32,000 bases of DNA, taken from Trichodesmium erythraeum IMS101. GTDB lineage: Bacteria; Cyanobacteriota; Cyanobacteriia; Cyanobacteriales; Microcoleaceae. The translations under genes and the position numbers were made by a program. Below are positions 27,311 through 32,000 of this stretch, one piece after another (position 1 is the first letter of the stretch; each line of letters opens with the position of its first letter). A model generated the notes under the pieces. The model saw nothing but the letters and a program-made list of their open reading frames with translations. It made no database searches and was not told the DNA's origin. The stretch spans positions 6,240,001 to 6,272,000 of the forward strand of contig NC_008312.1 of NCBI RefSeq assembly GCF_000014265.1. The letters are read 5' to 3'.

Positions 27311-29489
27311 TACGCTTTTCTTGAATTTTTCTTAAAAAAAGTTTTTTTCTCTGGCCATTTATGATTTATTTGGCTTATAGAGAGTCTAAATTATAGATTT
27401 TAGATTTTTTAGATATGAGTAAGGAGTCCAAGTATTATTTTTTTGGCTCTAAAATCGGTATTTATTGGCGATCTAAAGAAGTTTTACTATTTTGGAATTT
27501 AGATTTGGTAAATAATCCTAATGGGATTTACCTAAAATAGACTTTCTTATCGCTTCAGATAATTTTTGTGGGCTTTACATAAATAAACACTACGTTAAGA
27601 ATATTAACATTTCTAAGACTAGATGGCTATACCATTACCAATTGATTTTTTGGATAAATAAGTTGAATTGCCTATATGACCCTACTCATAAATCCTAAAA
27701 AAAATTGCATCCTACACAACAAAATTACAAAAATTTTCTTTTCTAAAAAAACTTGATCGAACTAGAACTTCTGGACTTATTTTCTTAGTATTTGACTGTT
27801 ATATTTTGACTTTTGAAAAAAAAGTTATATGTAATACTAAAAGACTAAAATAAAAGTCTACTTTTAGACTTTTCTCATTGCCTAGTTTTTTATTTAATAA
27901 CGGCTGTAACTTTAAAAAAAGCCTCTCACAGTTGGCCGGTTTTATATTACTTATTATCTCAGTATGGTTACTGAATCTGGTTTTGATAAAATCAATTTTT
28001 ATGAATCACAAATTTAATTTTTAGAAGATTTATTAGGACATGTAGTCGATATCATAGTAAAAGATTGTTTACACTCCTTTATACGAATTTAACAAATGTT
28101 TGTTAAACTTGCTTGAGTAAGAAACCTTCCCCTCACTAAGACCTTGGAAGGGTAAGAAACTTAGATACAAAGTTTATACAACATCAGAATAATTAACACA
28201 CTTTTGGTTCTTTATTATCAAAAAAGCTATTGGTAAAGTGTTAATTACTTAATAATTGAATTTTCACCTAAGTTAAGTATTCTTTCTTTTCCTTTCATAT
28301 TATTCGTGATTTTTTATGGGAATAAAAATTAATGGTATTCCTGGATAATTTTTATTTGTTATACCATTTATCCAAAACTTTTCTACATTTTATTGAATAA
28401 GAAAGTTAGGGCAGTGTAGGAGAAGTAAACATAATAATTAACATGAAGTTAGCTAAAGAGAGTAAAAAAAAATATTTTTTTTATTTTTATATTAATTAAT
28501 TAATTATTTAATAACTAAATTTTTGTAAAAAGTTAGCATGAACCTATGAGAATTGGCATTAACTTTTTGAATGGGATCAAAAACTTAGAAAATAAAAATG
28601 ATCAAGATTTAATTTACACATGCAGAGAGAAAATAAAAACCATCTAGGCTTTAGGTATTAGGTTTAATAGCTGACACAGATCAAACAATTAGAAAAGTCT
28701 TATAAGTTTTTTCAGCAAGTATTCCTGATTTTCCTGAAAGTTGATCTCAAACAAGTCTAATTCATAGGACTAATTCTGAGGAATGAATGGGTGGGAATCT
28801 AATAATTTTTGGGAACAGATACTACTAAATGCAGAGAATAAAGATGCGAGTAATTATCATCTAGTTTATACCTTAACTACTATCTACGAGTATAAATCTA
28901 ACAATTAAGCTACTACAATTTAGAATAGTGCTTGATTCTCAGGTAAAGTCAAAGTTCTCAAGAAAAGAGAAAGACAGAAATCTATCACAAAGATTGCTTC
29001 CTCCCATTACAAATTTCAACCTATTTGACAAGGTTTGCTAACCATATATTTCAAGAAAATACTATGATTATTAAATACAAGAGTACTATATCTATTTTGA
29101 ATATAGCATAAAGCGATCGATCAAGACATACAAACCCGGCAACATACAATCAAAACCAAACAACAATAAGATTTTTTTCTATTGTATCAATAATTTGCTT
29201 CATAAAAACTAGCAGTTTTATCACTTTGATAAATTGGTTAATTTGAGCTTTTTTTTTGGGGGGGAGGGATAATTCAGCCTAATTCCAGTTCATTTTGATC
29301 AGCACATTAAGATTTGAAGCCTCTCATTTTAAGAGGAAAAAAAGTCTTTTCGAGAAACTGGAGGTACTAATAACTAGTAACTGAAATAACTTCCCTCCCA
29401 GCTAGATATATTGAAAAACCTAAGCAGAATTTTCAACTTTTTGTTGTGATTTATAGGTACTGATAATCCTGAATTTAATAATACTATAA

Positions 29490-29927
29490 TTATCTAAATT
29501 CTGCTAGTTTTAATAATTCAGCGCGGATGCAACCTTTTTCCCATTTCCAATTAGGTAAAGATTTTTGAGGAATAAAAATTGCCCAAATCGAACCTTCTGG
29601 ACTCTTATAAAAACCCGTAATTTTAGCTTCTACCACATTACTCCAGGGTGCTGATACTAAAATTTTATCTCCTGAGCTAAAGATTTTTCCGTGAGCATTG
29701 GTCGCTTGTTTTATAGATTCTTTTAACTTTGGTTTACTTAGTTTTCTTGGTCTTTGTAGTTTACTCGGTTGATTTATACTTTCTGTTCTTGATGAGGGTT
29801 TTTTTATTAGAGTAGGTTTTTGTGGTTTGGACTCAGTTTTTTCGCGCAGTGTCTTCTCAGCAGAATTAGCTTCAATTACCTGTTTTGGTCTCACAGGCCT
29901 GTTAATTGCTATGATTTCGTGACTCAT
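29490..29927 (-). CDS. Hypothetical protein: K/P/S-rich disordered N-half plus a compact C-terminal domain
   Basis: 145-aa ORF with an ATG start and GGAG about 12 nt upstream. The C-half reads GDKILVSAPWSNVVEAKITGFYKSPEGSIWAIFIPQKSLPNWKWEKGCIRAELL (SH3/Tudor-like beta pattern; speculative). No family recognised. Confidence 0.55.
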   Translation of the reverse strand: MSHEIIAINRPVRPKQVIEANSAEKTLREKTESKPQKPTLIKKPSSRTESINQPSKLQRPRKLSKPKLKESIKQATNAHGKIFSSGDKILVSAPWSNVVEAKITGFYKSPEGSIWAIFIPQKSLPNWKWEKGCIRAELLKLAEFR

Positions 29928-30176
29928 CTACTTAACTCCATATATCTGATTTTAGCGATCTTTGCTATTTATGATAGTACTACTGAAATTTTGCTTTTGT
30001 GTTTAGTAGTCTTAACTATTACTCAGTTTTCCATATTACACTTTTTACCAGAATAAATTTATGTTCTCGAATAACATATTTTCTAGAATTAATCATTGAG
30101 AGCTATTCTGAAATTTCTAATCTTCAGTAGTTAAATCAGGAAATTTTGTTAGTTAAGATGTAACTATTTAGTTGTT

Positions 30177-30197
30177 AGCTATTAGCTATCAGTTATT
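30177..30197. repeat. Heptamer triplet AGCTATT-AGCTATC-AGTTATT (STRR-like short tandem repeat)
   Basis: Read directly. The same 21-mer with 1 mismatch recurs at 30569-30589. Confidence 0.7.
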
Positions 30198-30267
30198 GGG
30201 GATAGAAGCAGGTCAAAGTAATTGAGAGAAAGAATAAAAATTTACTCCCAAACTACCCTAAGGTAGG

Positions 30268-30422
30268 AGAATATCTGTAAATAAAATATTAAATCCTGGT
30301 TTAAGCTTGGTTAAGAGTACATTCCTTCCTTCGTTTAACTTAATAATCTCTGTAATTAGCACCTAACCCACCGAAACTTAGATTTTGAGTAGACCTTAAT
30401 ATATATTTTATAGATACTTTCT
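30268..30422 (+). mobile_element. MITE-like repeat, copy B (155 bp)
   Basis: Collinear with both ends of copy A in the same orientation. Imperfect terminal inverted repeat: (G)AGAATATCTGTAAAT ... ATTTTATAGATACTTTCT. Confidence 0.55.
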
Positions 30423-30568
30423 TAACTTCAGCAGTAGTTATTCATTATTTGACTACTGATGAATCTCAAGCCTGTTATTACAGAGGTATTTATTAAAGAT
30501 GCTTTAACAATTTAACTTTTACCTGTTAATGGGAGTATTAAGGCTTAAAACGTAAGTATTCAGTGGTC

Positions 30569-30589
30569 AGCTATTAGCTATGAGTTATT
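30569..30589. repeat. Second copy of the heptamer triplet (AGCTATT-AGCTATG-AGTTATT)
   Basis: Read directly. Together with 30177-30197 it brackets MITE-like copy B. Confidence 0.7.
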
Positions 30590-31056
30590 AACTCATTATA
30601 TTGGAGGGAGAAATTAGTCTCCCAGGAGAGTTAAAAAGTTATGTTTGCACAGCATGACTTTTGCTCCCCATTCCATTTGCTTCCCATTTGGGATGTTAGA
30701 AATGTTTGTTTGTTATGTAATTGGTCATCAGGTAACCTTAGTAGTTGCTTGGCAGTTATTCAAAAGCCCTTTAGCTGACTGAATGCATTGCTGAATGCTT
30801 ACTTTAAAACTATTTTTTTGAGCAAATAATTTTCAAAGTATATCTACTAATTTTTTAAGCTTTATTTTTGGCTATTTTGATAATTTATAGATGTCGAAGA
30901 TGAGTAAATTGTTTTATGGCATAAGATAGGTTGGTAAAATTAATTAGAAAATGGAGAAAAGATGGGAACAAGCAACAGTGTCTCCTCTAATCTTGCTCTT
31001 TTTTACCTGATGACTAACTTAAGGCTGTAAATTTATTTATACTCAACTACTTAATT

Positions 31057-31084
31057 AAAACCCTCCTCTTAAGAAGGAGGTTTT
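31057..31084 (+). other. Imperfect hairpin AAAACCcTCCTc-ttaa-gAAGGAGGTTTT, 25 nt upstream of the kinase ATG
   Basis: Read directly. The stem is 6+4 bp with bulges and ends in UUUU. It could be a remnant or bidirectional terminator, or a 5'-leader structure. Confidence 0.35.
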
Positions 31085-31109
31085 ATCAATAAAGAAAGGC
31101 TCTAGCATA

Positions 31110-32000
31110 ATGGTTAAAAATATTTTAGATGGACGCTATAAAATTATTAAAATTATTGAGTCCGAAGGACTTGCCCATACTTATCTAGCCCAAGATATCC
31201 GTCGTCCAGGAGCTGCAGAATGTTTTATTAAGCATTTACAGCCAAGTATTTCTGACCAAAAATTTCTGGAAATTATTCGCCGTAGATTTCAACAAGAAGC
31301 ACAAATACTAGAAAAGCTATCTCAAAATAATCAAATTCCTAAACTACTTGCTTATTTTGAAGAAAACCAAGAATTTTATTTAGTTCAATCTTTTATTCCT
31401 GGTAAATCTTTGGATAATGAAATATTACCAGGTAGAGCTTTATCTGAAATCCAAATAATTAGAATTCTTATAGAAGTATTAGAAATTTTGGTGTTTGTAC
31501 ATAGAAATAATGTAATTCATCGAGATATTAAGCCTGCTAATTTAATTAGAAGAAAATTAGATAATAAGTTAGTTCTAATTGATTTTGGAGCTATTAAAGA
31601 AATTAATATTGCTCAACCAAGTCGAACTGCAAGGATTGGTACAATGGAATATATGCCAATTGAACAATTTGAATATAACCCACAATTAAATAGTGATATT
31701 TATGCTTTAGGAATGATGGGAATTCAGGGGATTACAGGGTTACCTAGTAGTGAATTATCTAAACTAAAATATCAGGAAAATGGCAATAAAAAAGAAATAT
31801 TTTGGCGAAACCGAATAAATTGTTCTACAGCTTTAGCAGATGTTTTAGATAAGATGGTGCGCTATAATTATCGTGAACGTTATCAGTCAGCAACAGAAGT
31901 TATAGAGGATTTAAAGGAAATTCGCTATAATTTAAATAAAACTAGTAAAATAAAAGCTTATCAGGAAGAGGTTATTCGTCGCGCTAGTTATCGCGGAGAT
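31110..32000 (+). CDS. Hanks-type Ser/Thr protein kinase, 5' part (ORF runs off the window end)
   Basis: Not in the ORF track because no stop lies within the window. My translation from ATG 31110 gives 297 codons open to 32000. Motifs: FIKHL (VAIK lysine), EAQILEKL (alpha-C Glu), HRDIKPANL catalytic loop, IDFGAIKE (DFG), GTMEYMPIEQ (activation/P+1 loop). Confidence 0.88.
   Translation, partial: MVKNILDGRYKIIKIIESEGLAHTYLAQDIRRPGAAECFIKHLQPSISDQKFLEIIRRRFQQEAQILEKLSQNNQIPKLLAYFEENQEFYLVQSFIPGKSLDNEILPGRALSEIQIIRILIEVLEILVFVHRNNVIHRDIKPANLIRRKLDNKLVLIDFGAIKEINIAQPSRTARIGTMEYMPIEQFEYNPQLNSDIYALGMMGIQGITGLPSSELSKLKYQENGNKKEIFWRNRINCSTALADVLDKMVRYNYRERYQSATEVIEDLKEIRYNLNKTSKIKAYQEEVIRRASYRGD

Noticed and set aside
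29820-30056. Plus-strand 78-aa ORF
   Set aside because: It overlaps the 5' end of the 145-aa minus-strand gene in antisense. It has a TTG-type start and F/L/I-rich composition.
31075-31080. AGGAGG as the Shine-Dalgarno of the kinase gene
   Set aside because: It lies about 30 nt upstream of the ATG (31110), which is too far. It is part of the hairpin's 3' arm.

Overview
AT-rich (about 30% G+C by eye) cyanobacterial chromosomal segment. Evidence for the origin: 11 perfect HIP1 octamers (GCGATCGC) and Nostocales-type gene content (SasA kinase, group-2 sigma factor, DUF760, DUF2079, an HTH-NB-ARC STAND protein, and remnants of pentapeptide and CHAT-like/NACHT genes). Intact CDSs sum to only about 12.4 kb (about 39%) by my own coordinates. 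The rest is multi-frame pseudogenes, IS630 / TnpB / group II intron debris, MITE-like and tandem repeats, and ORF-free spacers of 2-3 kb. This looks like an eroding genome such as an obligately symbiotic heterocystous cyanobacterium (Richelia- or 'Nostoc azollae'-like); that is inference, not a search result. I found no rRNA, tRNA or CRISPR array. The best candidate for a new system is an intact minus-strand three-gene cassette at 21144-22920. It encodes a classical-clade AAA+ ATPase, a 115-aa single-pass membrane protein and a 133-aa soluble protein. The second and third genes have canonical AGGAGG ribosome-binding sites, and the first two genes are only 3 nt apart. The cassette is divergently paired with an HTH-NB-ARC STAND NTPase that lacks a repeat sensor (23146-24528). 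The shared 225-bp intergenic region carries four copies of AAAAGTA, including a 7-3-7 palindrome. All family assignments come from motifs read in the translations and from memory of those families; no database was searched.
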